Source: Callorhinchus milii
Lineage: Eukaryota
Assembly (NCBI RefSeq): GCF_018977255.1
Contig: NW_024704742.1
Location: 104,472,001-104,536,000 of the forward strand
Length of the DNA stretch: 64,000 nucleotides
Direction of reading: 5' to 3'
The notes under the pieces are model-generated. The model made no database searches. It was not told the DNA's origin and saw nothing but the letters and a program-made list of their open reading frames with translations. Of this stretch, positions 38,983 through 53,584 are shown one piece after another. Position 1 is the stretch's first letter, and every line of letters starts with the position of its first letter. The translations under genes and the position numbers were made by a program.

Positions 38983-41340
38983 TACATCTGCGCAATGTAG
39001 ATTGTTGACTAAATTATATATTTTTAGGTTTTCAATCAAACGAAAGTCAGTTTTCTAACAATTGCTCTGTGCTTCATTCCACTTCAAAACAGCTCACAAG
39101 AGCTCAGAGAAGGAAGAAATTGTAGAAGAAAGAAAATGTAAATTATGTTTAAAAATTAAAATGTAACAAATGGTTCAATAAAATTGGTTGGGAAAACCTG
39201 CATCAAATATAGAACAGCGAGGAAATGTTGAGACCAGTAAGTAGAAATTAAAGTGTTTTAAACTAAAATTATGGTTTAGCTGTTCACATTTGTAGTTGAG
39301 GGTTATTACAGTAATACGGCAATTCTGACAGTTGATAAGCTGTATCACTATAATATTTAATGTGTCAATGTTAATGTGTGCGAGCCGAGGGAGTTCTCAA
39401 TATTGCTTTGCCTACCTAATACTCTGCAGGTTTAAGCATCCAAAAGCCAGTGATCAAACCATAAGTCTAATATGTCAATGATTCTTAACTCTTCAACTGA
39501 CTATTTGTAAATATTTTTATTGGCTCATCAATTGTATTAGATGACCATATATCCTTGGTGATGGAATGCTGATATTAAAACAAAAATATGTCAGATTGGT
39601 AAAGCAGCATACAAACTGGATAGAGTATCCTGTATAAATAGTACCATATAAGTACCAATGTTATTTGTATACTGTTATTCTCTGTGCAAGCCACTGACTA
39701 GCATTTGGCATGGATTTTTCTGTATTAATGTTTCAGATTGGAAACAGCTACATTAAAATGGAGCCCTAAATGGGGATCTACAAAAAATTGTACTTCTCCA
39801 AATACACCCATTTCCTACCATACATAATATTCTGTGGATTAAAAACTCAATCGTACAAATATAGAGAACCAAAGAGTTTTAATTATTTGTATTAGCTGTA
39901 ATTTTTTTCAAATTTAAGATAACTATAACGCAGCCAGAGTGCTCAAAGAGTTAATAGCTCTTGAAGCTTACTTAATTTATTGTATGCATGTTACATAATT
40001 ATTAGTCATATTGGTATAGGTACAATGTGGAAACAAAGAGATCAACTGAAATTATAAAGCCGGCTCCCATAGCTACGGCAGAGAGGTTAAAACCTCAATG
40101 CCACTAAAGAAGCTGTTAGCTTGAGAGCTATAGTTAATATCAGTGATTCTGTTCCACAAAACAAGTATTTTCTAGTGGCAAACCACTTAGTGAGATACTT
40201 GTGGATAAGTGTGGGGGAAGCAGGGGGTTGTTGAAAGTTCAGCTATCAGGTGACAAGATAGAAAAAAATCTGAATCCAAACCAAATGATTATAAACAGCA
40301 AAGAAAGCTTAACATTAAACATACTCATTTTTGTTAAGCTTCACAAACATTTATAAAATGATTGCAAGCTTTTCTGGATGATAACAAAAGGCCATTTGCA
40401 CTTTACAAAAATAATACTTTGACTTTTGTTTTATATTTCCATCCTTGTGATTAAAGAGAAGACTGGAGGAGTACTTCAATTTGAGTACTCCCACACATGT
40501 ATAATTTAAAACCAAAATTGAGCAATGAATCTCCTTATACTGTTTTGCTTTAGGAGTTATATTTTCTGTGGAGACCCGCTATTCGGGTTTGTATTAAAAG
40601 CCACCTCCATGCTGTTGTTCAGCCCTCCACATCCCCCAGAGCATTTTTTTTTCTTCAAAATATGGAACTTTAGACTGGTCTGCATGGCAATCCAGAGGGA
40701 TCCAAACTAGGCAAGGTTTGTACCAGATTAATAATTCTGAGTATGAATCCCAGCTCATCCAGATCAAAAACCATGCTGCTCCTATGTGCCAACTCCTGAA
40801 CGACACCATTCTGGGAAATGGCCACAAGCTATACTGGAAGTAAGTGAATACCTGAAATGGTATGTCTCCATAGGAAAATAACTAAACATAGGATATTTTA
40901 ACATGTTTTTAATATTATATATTCCGTGCTGTAAATGCTCCTTCATTACCATTAAGGTTTTCAAATTTATTTTCTTTATGGGCTTTGCTTCTTGGAATCA
41001 GTTTAATGTTTCATTTGACAATGTGACACTCCTCTAGTACTTCACTGGAATGACAGCCTAGAAGCTCAAGACGAAACCACAACCTAGAAACGAATGTTAC
41101 CAACCAAGCCAAGCTAAAAATATTATTTCATGTCATGTTTTTTCAGCAAAGTGTTTCCTTTCGTCAATTTTTCCTCTGCTGAAAGGGCATTTATGCCATT
41201 TTGTTCTAACTGTCATCCTCTAGTACTTCACCAACTGGCTATTAATATTTGAGTATTAGCAAGCTACTCAATTACAGAGAGAATCTGAGTATAGCCAGAT
41301 CATTTTCTTAGTCCATGTCCACAGACAGATTCAACAACTT

Positions 41341-41487
41341 AATAATAATAATCCTCGCATTTGATACAGCGCTTTTCATGTCTTCTAGACGTCTCAAAGC
41401 TCTTCACAGAATATATTGTAAAGTGAATTGACTGCATAGTTGTGGGCGAAACCCGGCAGCCAATTGCGCACAGCAGTGTCCCACAAA
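41341..41487 (-). mobile_element. Truncated SINE (core plus tail)
   Basis: aataataatcctcgcatttgatacagcgc...gcacagcagtgtcccacaaa. Confidence 0.8.
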
Positions 41488-42521
41488 TTTGCATTCATGC
41501 TAGATGGTGAACACTGGCTGCTTTTTCCCACCCCTAATCCAGAACTACAATTGTAGCACCTCAAGTAATGTCCTGATTAAGATCAACTAATTTGATACTG
41601 ACGCATTTGTACGGTTTATTGCTGTACTGGAAGGTTTATGCCTTTAACCACAGGGGAAATGGAAAGGTTCAAAAGGGTGGCTTTAAATAGAGTTGAAAAA
41701 GACTTTTCAGATTGAAGTAGTGTTCATGGAAACAATATCAAGTCTTTTCACTAATCTACTATCAGAAGTAAGAACTTTATAAGAAAATACAAAAGTTGAA
41801 ACCTCTGGATTATCTGAGCTTTAGAGAGAACCCAGCTGATAACTGGAGAAAGTGGTAATAACATTTTTTAGTTTTACCTGCAAGCGAGTGGAAGTCAGAG
41901 CCTGTGAAGGTGGCAAGGAGTGATACCTTTGACATTTATAACTCCTTTCATCTTGAATGAAATTATATAAAAATGGACAAGAATACTGAAACAAAAAATA
42001 AGCTTAATACATACAATCCCTGCAAAAATAATAATTGGTAAAAGGATATTTTTAACACTAAAAAACCATTGAGATGTGAGTCAATATTGTAGTTCATTAC
42101 TTTGTACATTTAAGAAACAAATCCATGTCAGCTGCATTTAGTAGCTTAAATCTGATTTATCATTGTACTCTCTGGAATTCTAACCAGCCAGGATGGATGG
42201 AGCCCGACTGCCTTGCAAATCTGATTCAAGAATTACCAAAGCTATTGACATTTGTAGAGTGAGCAGACTAAATGAGTCACGTACTGTTTAACTATTTCTC
42301 AGTGATAAATTCAAACTACATACCAGTTAAAAATATTACATATGAAAACCTACACAGCACCTACAAATAACAAAAATACTTCTGGTAGATGTAATATAAA
42401 CATGTTAAACATCAGTTATGTCCAACATAAGGTGCAATCTCCCATGCTTTCTGAAAGATAAATTTTTCATTCCAGAGTTAGGCTAGTGAGAAAAATATGC
42501 AGATCCTTGTGAATCCGAAGT

Positions 42522-42608
42522 AAAGAAAAGAAGGAAGGGAGGGAGGAAAGGGAGGGAGGGAAGGTGGGGGGAGGGAGGGATGGAGGAAGGAAGGAGGGAA
42601 GGAAGGAA
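42522..42608 (+). repeat. Purine-rich (GGAA/GGGA)n low-complexity tract
   Basis: aaagaaaagaaggaagggagggaggaaagggagggagggaagg...ggaaggaaggaa. Confidence 0.9.
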
Positions 42609-43029
42609 CAACTCCAGTTGTCTCCAGCACTTCGCTCAGCCTACACCGTTACTCGTTTTTTGTTAATTCAGTAACTAGAAATGTCTGTGGTGATCAGTAG
42701 AGGTCTGCGACTGTGCATTATTCTGAGGTCAGGAATAATTAGAAAATCTTTGATATTATTTGGCCCATAGATGAACTCCATTATGTACACTGAACAATTT
42801 TCTATTCTGTACACTATGAACAGTTGTCCATTTGACATTGCCTGGAAACCAAATACAGTAGTCAGAATAGCTCTATTGAAATGATTTTGAATGTTGGGTG
42901 TTGTTACTTTGTGTGCAATTTCAAGGAAGACAGATACAATCATTTTTAAAACCTCAAACTTTTGAAAACCTGGCCCAAGTTTGGGAATTTTTTCTCTTTG
43001 GTCAAGTTGAGATAAAGTACATGAAATAC

Positions 43030-43430
43030 CATGTCAAATATAGCACTCTTGATTCTGAGTCAGAGGGTTGTGGGTTCAAGCCTCACATTGGGACCTTTGA
43101 GCTTACAGTACAGGCTGACACTCCAATGCAGTGATTGGGGTGTGCTGCATTGCTAGAGATGTTGTCCTTCAGATGATACAGTACATCTGTCTGTTCACGC
43201 GTACGTTAATAATCCCATAATGTATTTGAAAAAAATGAGTTTCTCCCAGGTTCTGGCCAACGGGCCCCCAGATATTCACTTCATTCACTTCATGGCCATT
43301 TGTACAACATATCTGTATGAAGATTGGTTGGCGTGTTTGCCTGCAAGACACACAGTTGCTACACTTTACAGTAAATCCTGTGAAGTGCATTGAGATGTCC
43401 CCCTGAAGTGAAAGTGCTACATAAAATTCA
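43030..43430 (+). mobile_element. Ancient Deu-type SINE of a different family (related copies at about 4590-4900 +, 24900-25315 -, 33040-33360 -, 57205-57490 +)
   Basis: Shared agcactct...gagtcagagggttgtgggttcaagcc...ggctgacactccaatgcagtg...tgccgtcctt(c/a)ggatgaga pattern, with the same downstream core as the younger SINEs. Confidence 0.6.
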
Positions 43431-46400
43431 GGATTTATGTATACATAAGCCGTTTCAATAAAGAATTTGATTGATCTGAACTTGCCTGTCTTCAGATCAT
43501 ATCTGAAGTCAAACTTTTTGATATACAAAGACAGCAAAAGAGAGCAGAGCTCCAGGATTGTGAAGATCAATTTAGTAATCCTGAAATTACAATCCTTAAG
43601 GTCATGCTCTCACTCAGAGCCCAACAACTTCTGTGCTGTAAATGTCTATGATTCTATTGTTAATGGAGACACATTAACAAATGGAGAATTTTGGAGATTT
43701 TTTTCACACATAGAGTAGTTAAGATATGTAATGTCTGCCAGTGGTTGAGACAGAATCCATATTAACTTTCATATGCATAACTAGAAAACATCTAAAAAAA
43801 AGAATAAACTACAGGGGTATGGGGAAGAACAGATAAATGGGATTGAAAGGATTGCTCTTCAAAGAATCAATCAGCTGAATGGCCTACTATGCTGTAAATT
43901 TCTATGATTCTGAAAATTCTTTGCAGGACGTGAAAACTACTCTTCCTTATGTTATTGGCTCCAAAATGAAGCACAACTTTGGCTCTCCAATACTATCTAC
44001 ACCCGCTCTGTGATGCCCATGTTACGCTGAAGAACCCTAGCTCTTAACACTGGTTGCTCTCCTCTACACTGGCCCTTAGGCCTGGGAAGAGCCCTTATGT
44101 CTTGACAACAACCCTAATCTCTTTCTCCTTCCACTTGGCAAGATATATGTCAAATATCTGTACTAATTGGAACCAGCCTCATTATTGATATGAAAACAGA
44201 ATGGATGTGAGGTCTCTGTGACGCTTATTGATATCTCTTTCAGCCTCTTTAACTCTCTCTGTGGGTTGCGGGCAAAATCATGAACCTTGTTACAGCTAAA
44301 CATTATCATCAATATCAAAACCCCAATTCATTTCCGTATCTGAGTTCTCACACAGGTCATGCAGTGTTCTGTAATCTAAATCTCAGTTTTCTGTAAAGCA
44401 ATTGGTTATAAACAGTAGCAGAATACAGTGCAAGCTTTTATTTATTGAAATCAATATTAACATGTATTTTATGATCATATCCTGCTGAATATCTTTTGGA
44501 CAAACAAAAAATATTATTAAGGGCATCCTTGTTCCCTTTGAACTCTATAAGTGACCTGTTTTACACTTTATTGTACAAATCTCAGAAACTGAGCTTTACC
44601 TATCACATGAATTACCAAAATAAGTGAATCGAAATAAATCATTATTTGACCAAAGCAATGTGATTCTTCTACGATTAGTTCCAGTTAATATATCAATGTA
44701 CACTATAACCTGGCAAATTAGAAACACGCTGCAGCCAACTGAAACACTTTATTCCTATCAGAAGGGGAAAAATCCAACTTTTTTTTATATGTAAACAACG
44801 TCTGTAACAAAAATAGTGTTAATTTTATGCTTCTACATTGTTTGATTCATCCTAACATTGTAACTACTGTCAAATTATTTCCTTTGGATAGTAGGGTTGA
44901 CGCTGCAGTTGATTTAGATGATCGTTATAAACATTCATATAAAAAATTTAAAATACTTTCCAGTGCAAGTTGTTTGCATCATTAATTGGGATTGCCAAAG
45001 GGATTGAAGTGCTCAAGGGAAAACTTCAGTATAAATGCCTTGCACTATAGAAAGTGCCTCCAGTGCAAGACGATTCTCCTCCAGGGAAGCAAATATAACT
45101 AACTCCAATTTACGAGAACTCAGCTCCCAGGTGATCTGGCCAGAGCTGAATTTGTTGTGGATTGAAGTGACCAATTTATTATTTTATTTTGAAGGAATTA
45201 CTACTGGAAAATGTACAGAGGAGGGCATGGACTTTATGTCCTGAAGCACTTTTTCTCGCTCGCTCAAGCATCATCATGCTGCCATTTTTGGGCGGAGTGC
45301 TTTTTCAATCCCTGTTGTTTAGTACTGTATTTCAATATTAGTGAATCAAGACAGTGTTTTTAAGAAAACATGTAATTAAGCAATCTTCAGATCATCACTT
45401 CCAATGTTTTTTATTGAACATGATTAAGCATCCCTATCTACTCAATCATGTACTCTACCTCATTTATTTAATTCCTGAGGGTAACATTCTGCATAAATAG
45501 TTCATGTCCCCAAACAGTAATCAAACAAATATTATCTAGCTAAGCCTGTGGCTTTAAATGGAATTAAAATTAATTCAATTTCAATTCAAGAAAGAATTCA
45601 ATTCCCCCCACAAATTTACCAGTTTAGATTATAATTTCCATATATATTCGATTATACAGAACTTTAATTTACAAATAAGGCTCAAATAAAGCAAAAGTAT
45701 TTGACTTCTGATTCCTTGAGATGCACAAGCATAAAATATACTTTTTTTCCTCTCTGCTAATATCTCCCCTCCCCTGAAGGGATTTGAAATCCTTTCCTTT
45801 TACTGGGTTCCCCTAATTGGCTCCCAAAGTAGCTAGTCTTGTGTGAATTTTGACAGTGAAAGTTGGCATGCTCTTCAATTGAGGGATACGGTAGCCAAGC
45901 CTGTTCATATCCTCACATGATGTCCACACATGTATTTTTACAATCTGGATAGCAATCAGGAGAACCTTGGGTGATTTTCACTTCATTAATTCAGAAATAC
46001 TGATTAATTGTCTTGCAGTAAATTCTGCCCCAGCTGATATCTTGATACCATCATGACGTTCATATTAAGTGATGTTACCCTTACCATCAGGAAGTTCAAA
46101 CATTATGTTTATAATATAATTTCCCAATGACAAACAAACTGATACAAACATTAATTAAACATAGCTTTGCTCACTTAAGTGCTGGCCTGTGCGTATGTTG
46201 TAAATGTTAGAAGTCAGCCTGTGCAATTGAAGCAAGTCAGATGGCTGGCTTCAGCCCTAGGAGATAAACAATACTGGACAATTATATCAGTCAGGAAATT
46301 GTGTAATGTGAAACTTAAAACTTTCAATGTGTCCATGGAAACAATTTATCATATAGAAAGACTCAAGAGACCTTGCTGTCCCTTCCTGATTTAATGATTT

Positions 46401-47236
46401 GTAAATAATGTAAACCTAAATTTATGTTTCAACCTTCATTATCCATTGCTTCCCTTATGTGGTCGGCAGGACAGCACACAAGTCATTACTTTTGCCTTGC
46501 TCGCATAACTCAATTTACAAGTAATTGGCTGAAAATACTGCAGCATATATTCCCTTTCTTCCTTTCTGGAATCCAGATTATTCACTTTTTTGATTTTAGA
46601 ATTCCACCTTCATAGGGATGGTCTTCATAGTAATTTATTTATATACTGTGCTGTTTGGTAAATCTCAGCTCTGCCCCAGAAAAAGAAGTGGAGCTGAGTT
46701 GAGGCACTGCTCCTGGGAGACAATAAAAAACCTGAGGGAGGTTGAAATGGAGGGCAAGTTGCAATAGTTCATTAGACAGGCAATGGCAGAATTCTGGGGA
46801 CAGCTCACACGACTGTCCTTTTGATAAGAGTCGAGGAAACCCCAAAGGAGTGAGTCATGACTGAAAAAAAAGTACAATAAAGTAGTGAAATGGAAGAAGG
46901 CAGGATGGCTAAAGAGCTGAAAATTAGTAAACTTATGAGTAATTAGGACACTTGGACCATAATTAGTTGTGCAATGGATCAAATTGGAAATTGGCAGTAA
47001 TTTGCTGGGAGCCCAGTCATAATACACTTCATTATAATGCAGCGTTTACTAATAAGACAGGTGCCAGAGGCATGGACCCACAGCTATACACCAACCCACA
47101 GAGCTGATCTGTGCACCAGCAACTTCCTGCACAAATGCAGCACACGGGATGCCAACTTGATGACCTGGATGCTGGCCATTTTCTAGTGCACGGAAAACGA
47201 ACCAGTTTTCTTTGCATTTGTGTAGTGATGTCAGTC

Positions 47237-47637
47237 ATCCATGGCCTTGCCCCCTCCTACCTCTCTGACCTGCTGACTCACTACCAACCTGCCCTCTCCC
47301 TCCGTTCATCGGGCTCCGGTCTGCTCCATGTCTCCCGCCCGACCCACCCTACCATCGGTGGCCGGGCTTTCAGCCTCTCTGCCCCCACACTCTGGAACTC
47401 CATCCCACGTGCCTTCGCCTCGCTTCCTCCCTTGCCTCCTTCAAGGCCGGTCTCAAGACCCTTCTCTTCGACCATGCCTTTGGTCTCCCTCCCACTTCTC
47501 TGCCTTCCCTCAACCCTACATCACCCCTCCCCCATGCTCGGGCCCCGACACCCAACTGTTCAGTGCTTTGGGACGTCCTCCCAACATGACAGGCGCTCCA
47601 TAAATGTGATTTTGTTGTGGGTGGTGGTGGTGGTGGT
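47237..47637 (+). mobile_element. L2 LINE 3' fragment
   Basis: HGLAPSYLSDLL...GGRAFSLSAPTLWNS; tail tgggacgtcctcccaacatgacaggcgctcc. Confidence 0.88.
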
Positions 47638-48686
47638 AATGTTACAATGCAGATGCATTACCTGGAAATAGTGCTCTGTTGGTTGGTTGGAATATTATGA
47701 ACCATTGGTGCTTGTTTGTATAATACACACTTTTTCCCCCTCCCGGAAAGTTGTAATCCAATAGTGAGTCACATCTTCCCCTTGATACTGGCCCCAAGCT
47801 CAATGTTTAATTCTTGACACCTTTATGTACAAAGACTTGTACTATGATCACATTGAAGGATCTCCTGGCAACAATTTCCAGCTCGAGCAATAAAACTTCC
47901 AGCTTTAGCTCCTGTGTTAGGTACCCATGAGTAATCCAATTTTGTTTGGGCAATTTTTACTCAAAGGACAGGGTGGGCTGCCATTGCCCATCCCCATCAG
48001 CACAAAAATCATTGTGTCCAATGGTTCATCTCAGCTAACTATATATCCTCAATAGCATTCCCAAGCAGTAACCCAGTCATTTTTTAAAAAAACTAATCAA
48101 AACAGCCGTACATACTTTTTGATACATGTTCCACATAAACTGTTCATCGTATGTGTGCAGAAAGCCAGTTCGCTTCAAAATCATGGCCAAGTTTTCATGC
48201 TCCAAAAAGTAGATAATTTCTAGGACATCAGAGTGCTGCTGATGTCACTTCTTGTATGCTGCATATGTGCAATGCAGAGGATGCAACATCAACCATTTTT
48301 CAGCAGGTAAGTTGAACAATTTTCTGCACACATTCGGGATTTTTTGCTACGTAAATGTTAAGAATCCACAACCGAATTGTGCTATAAGCAAACCCATATG
48401 AAAATACAATACAAAATTACATTTGTATAACGCCTTTGGGGTTCTATTGTATTTTAATTCTGTGCACTCAATTGTTTGTCTCACGAGTCAAATAGTCTGC
48501 TTATATTTATGCGCCATTTAAAAGATTTTCCTTTTTTTTGGATCAGGAGAAAGGATCTTTAATTCATAAACAATTCAAACAATTTATTTTGCAAACCTAT
48601 TTCTTAACCCTTCTGAAACTATAAAAGGTCAAAATTAGACTGTCCAAGAAAAACTGATGTTAAAACGAATGACAATTAAAACTTAC

Positions 48687-48759
48687 TGCAACTGCCTCCA
48701 GGATTTGTTTGACAGCATCAGCAGCATCCCTTTCACTATAATATCCCTTCTCAACAATC
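48687..48759 (-). CDS. CAMK4: CAMK4 exon 5 (IVEKGYYSERDAADAVKQILEAVA)
   Basis: 73 nt; tgtag|GATTGTT ... GTTGCA|gtaagt. Confidence 0.96.
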
Positions 48760-48899
48760 CTACAAAAACAACGTGAAAGAGGTTATTTAAAGCAAGTGAA
48801 CAAGACTTTTTACAGTATAAGGTCATTTATACTTGTGAATAAATGATTACTGGATGACAGAATGAGGCACTTCTACAAATGTAATCCCAAAGCTGTCCT

Positions 48900-49625
48900 T
48901 TCTTCCTCATATCCGCGCCACAACTGGCACCGCCTTCCATCACCTCCGGAATATCGCCAGACTACGACACTACCTCACCCCTCACGCTGCTGAAACTCTG
49001 GTCCACGCCTTTATCACCTCAAGGCTGGACTATGGGAACTCTCTCCTCGCCGGCCTTCCCGGCACCTCCCTCCACAAGCTGCAGGTCATTCAGAACTCTG
49101 CAGCTCGTGTACTGTCCCGCACCAGGCTTCGCGACCACATCACTCCCACCCTCGCTCACCTCCACTGGCTCCCCATCCCCCAGAGGATCGAATTCAAGAT
49201 CCTCACCTACAAGGCCATTCACGGCCTTGCTCCCTCCTACCTCTCCGACTTACTATCCCCCTACTTACCTGCCCGTACCCTCCGTTCCTCTGGCTCCGGT
49301 CTGCTCCACATCCCCCGCCCTAACCGCCCTACCATCGGTGGCCGGGCCTTCAGCCTCTCAGCCCCCAGGCTATGGAACTCCATCCCCCAGTGCCTTCGCC
49401 GCTTCCTCCCTTTCCTCCTTCAAGGCCGGTCTCAAGACCTTTCTCTTCGACTGTGCCTTCAGCTCCCCTCTCGACTATCTACCCCCTCCTCGCTCTCTCC
49501 CTTCCCTCCCCTCACCCTGACCATTTCCCCCTGCTCAGGTCCCGACCCAACTGTCCAGCGCCTTGGGACGTCCTCCCGTCGTGAAAGGCGCTCTATAAAT
49601 GAAATCTTGTTGTTGTTGTTGTTGT
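48900..49625 (+). mobile_element. L2 LINE 3' fragment in intron 4
   Basis: LVHAFITSRLDYGNSLLAGLP...QNSAARVL...LHWLPIPQRIEFK; (TTG)n tail at about 49607-49625. Confidence 0.92.
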
Positions 49626-49644
49626 ACTACATGTAGGGTTCAAG

Positions 49645-50160
49645 AATCGGAAACATAAGTACTCCATGGATGGAATTGAACTTGCCAAGGAGAAACAAAG
49701 AGATTTAGGGGTGGTAGCTGATTCATTGCTCACTATGGCAAACACTGTGAGGCAGCAATAAACAAGGAAAACATGATGCTGGGTTAAATCAGTTGAGTTC
49801 AGATCCTCAGAAGTCATTCTTAGGCTATAATCACATTATTTGTTACCAAGGAAGTGAACCACGTTTCCAAAATTATGTGCATATCACAACAGGAAATACA
49901 TTGGCATCTTCAAATAAGTAGCAATGAAAACATATACAATACAGTAAAAGTCCAAACTTTAACGTAAAAACATAGAAACTTTACTCAGAGGTAATTAATA
50001 ACTGGAACAGGTTTCCAGAAGGGTGATTGAGACTGGGACACCAGACTCATTTAAAAATGATGGAAGCTTAATGCTGTAACGAGAGAATGGTAAGGTGGAT
50101 ATTTTGGAGAGATGAGATCAGATGGGCCAAAGAGCATTCTTCAACCAAACCAATCTCACA
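49645..50160 (+). mobile_element. Degenerate CR1 fragment
   Basis: EKQRDLGVV, AINKENMMLG and FTQRVINNWN-like pieces. Confidence 0.5.
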
Positions 50161-50328
50161 ATTTTCTGAATGCTGAAAAATACTGTATTGATACTTTTGA
50201 TACAGGGTCTTTTACATCGGGAGAACATCCCAAACCTCTTCACAGGATTTACCGTAAAGTATTGTGACTGAATTTTACAGGCAATATTCTTAACATTCTG
50301 GTTAAGGAATTACAGCTAAGTTAGATAC

Positions 50329-50411
50329 CTGTCAAATAGTTCTCCTCCTGTGACTAGTTCCAGAATCAAGTTGATCTCTATTGGAGTCTCAAAGATCTCC
50401 TTCAGTTTAAT
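50329..50411 (-). CDS. CAMK4: CAMK4 exon 4 (IKLKEIFETPIEINLILELVTGGELFDR)
   Basis: 83 nt; tacag|ATTAAA ... TGACAG|gtatct. Confidence 0.96.
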
Positions 50412-50774
50412 CTGTAAAATAAATGATTTGTCAAAAAGATTAGGTAAAGAGCATATATTAAATTATCCATTTAACTTGACATGTTTATTAACTATTTCCA
50501 AACAAAGGAATAACAGTATATATGGTAGGATATACATATAAATTGGTTTTCTACATTGAACGTTCTCAAAGATGTTTTTCTTGTTACGTGTTACGTTGAA
50601 TAACTACAGTATTATATCTTCCTCAGCCAGCACCCTAACTAAATTTCAATAAAGTGGGCCAATGGTGTTGTGTATTTGGCACCATCAAATGTAGGCTTTC
50701 ACCTGCAACCTCCACTTGCTAAGTTGCCTAATTGGTATGTGTTACGGCGGCAAACGGCTTTTCCTCCAGCCCCC

Positions 50775-51847
50775 ACACCGTCTCATGTGGTGTTCCTCAG
50801 GGCTCTGTCCTCAGTCCCCTCCTCTTCACCCTCTACATGCTCCCCCCTGGTGACATCATCCGCAGAACATAGGGTAAATTTCCACATGTATGCGGATGAC
50901 ACCTCTCTGCCTCCACTCTCAACTCCAGTACCACTGGCGTCCTGACTGACTGCCTGTCCAACATCAAGTCCTGAACGAGAGCCAACTTTCTCCAACTCAA
51001 CGTCAGCAAAACTGAGGCTCTCTTGATTGACTCGCGCCAGCGCCTCCACACCTCAGGCGCTGGCAGCATCAGCCTCCACGGCTGCACATTCAACCTCACT
51101 AAACCAGTCAGGAATCTGGGTGTCTTGTTTGACCCTGAACTGTACTTTCTCCCCCACATCCGCGCCATGACCAGCATTGCCTACCACCACCTCCGCAACA
51201 ATGCCAGACTCCGCCACTGCCTCACCCCTCAGGCTGCCAAAACCCTCACCCACGCATTCCTCACATCAAGGCTCGATTATGGAAACTCTCTCCTCATCGG
51301 CCTTCCCAACTCTTCCCTTCACAAGCTGCAGATCATCCAAAACTCTGCAGCTCGTGCACTCTCCGTGATCCCATCACTCCCACCCTCGCCCGACTCCACT
51401 GGCTCCCCATCCCCCAGAGGATCGAGTTCAAGATCCTCGTCCTCACCTTTAAGGCCATCCATTGACTTGCCCCCTCCTAACTCTCTGACCTGCTGACCCC
51501 CTACCAACCTGCCCGCTCCCTCCATTCATCGGGCTCCAACCTGCTCCATGTCTCCCGCCCGACCAGCCCTACCATCGGTGGCCGGGCTTTCAGCCTCTCT
51601 GCCCCCACACTCTGGAACTCTATCCCACAGTCCCTTCGCCTCGCTTCCTCCCTTGCCTCCTTCAAGGCCGGTCTCAAGACCCTTCTCTTCGACCGTGCCT
51701 TTGGTCTCCCTCCCACCTCTCTGCCTTCACCCATCACCACCGCCACCTCCTACCCCATGCTCGGGCCCCGACACCTGACTGTTCAGCGCTCTGGGACATC
51801 CTCCCGATGTGAAAGGCGCTCTACAAATGTAATTTTGTTGTTGTTGT
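50775..51847 (+). mobile_element. L2 LINE fragment including RT core motifs, in intron 3
   Basis: [50 protein letters not shown]; (TTG)n tail. Confidence 0.92.
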
Positions 51848-52195
51848 AGGTGGTAAAATACGAATTCGTGACTTTTCTTACAAATCACTCTGTGGGCAGA
51901 ACCAAATACCTGAAGCCTTATGCATTCCAACAACAGAAAAACGAAGATTATGATCTATGTAAGATTAGGTGCTCATAATTAGTTTCCAGCAAATTGTAGC
52001 ATGGTAATGCCCATACCTGTCTTAAAAACCCAAACACATATAGCATTTCCATATTTTAAATAGATCAATTCCTAAGAAAATACAGGTTTCGAAATATATA
52101 GCCCATTTCAGGACTATTCCTGGGAAAAACAAATTTTGCATCAGTCATAGCTAAACGGAATAGGTATTCTAAAGAATAGGATAATTCATACTTAC

Positions 52196-52258
52196 AATAT
52201 TAGGGTGTGAGAGTCTAAGCAGTACTCCAATTTCAGTTCGAATTATTTTTTTATCTAC
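52196..52258 (-). CDS. CAMK4: CAMK4 exon 3 (VDKKIIRTEIGVLLRLSHPNI)
   Basis: 63 nt; cacag|GTAGAT ... AATATT|gtaagt; alphaC Glu and HPNI. Confidence 0.96.
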
Positions 52259-53584
52259 CTGTGAAACAATAAGAAAATATCAATACAATTGGCTACGATA
52301 CTATACTATAGTCCCAAACTAGGGTAGTCCCAAACTACATAAGAACATAGTCTTTTATGTTCTTATATGTCAAGTGACTGTCAGGATGGTGGAGGCAAAC
52401 TGGATGGACCTTGATCTTCTTTTGCCTATCAAGTTCTTATGTCCTTACAGTATACCTTTATTTTAAACAAAAAATCAATCATCTTATCCCAGATATCAGA
52501 TTTGAATCTTAAAATCCTGGTCTCATTTCAGCCTTCTCATACTCAGTATTCATAAATAGAAACAACATTATGTACGTCATGCAAAATTTCTTCTCAATTG
52601 CTGTGACTTTTCCCTCAAGAAGCAGAAGAACTCTACTTCAATTATCTATAAAGCAACAATGAGCTGACATTTGGAGGGGAAGTTCTCAATTTTGTTAAGT
52701 ATAAATGAATTACTGGAAACTGCAAAGCTTTAACAACTTTTGATCCAGAAATTATTTACAAGTTTTTAGTTTTAAAAAAATATTTTTGCATTTCGCCCAC
52801 AAAATACACAGTCAATTCACTTATATTCTGTGAAACACTTTGAGATCTCTCAATGACATGATAAGGCGCTATATCAAATGCAAGGGTTATTATTATTATT
52901 TTTTTGCAGATTTCAGATTTTGCAGAATTCTACAAGCAGATCATTATTTGTCCTTTCACAATGATATTTGTTAAACATTAATTGTTTAGGTATTAATGGT
53001 TCAATTTTCCTGGTCTACTACACACAAATATTATCTTCTGCTACTACGCCCTGGCTGTTTAGAACAATCTATTTTGTTTTTTGTTACATGCAAATTAATA
53101 TTAGCTTTTACTATCCACAGAAAACAAAGTTCCTAGTGCCTAAGGAAGTTGAGACTTTGTGTGTGAAACAGGATATGACGATAAAAATAAAGTGGAACTT
53201 AAGTGGAAAGACTGCAGGTCATTTAAGGAAAAAAAAGACTAACTTTTTATTGAGAGCTACAATCCCAAATTATGTCTTATTCGAGGAACCCATGTTCCAA
53301 CATGTTTCTCTTTGGTCAGTCAGCTGTTTGACACATGTGGAAACCCAGAAGCCAATTTACCACTGAAGAGAATATTGCATGAATACCTTGGAAAGCCAGC
53401 TTGCCTACTCTAAAAAATAGCTGCCTTCTGGGTCATCAGCTCATTTCCTGCATGCTGTGCAAGCTGCACCCAAGACAAACACAGGTACATAATGGCACCT
53501 GTAAACAAATAACCAATTTGTTTTCTGACTTGTTCCTTCTCTGTTGCTTCTCATAGGTACCATCCTACTCTATTATCCCATTTG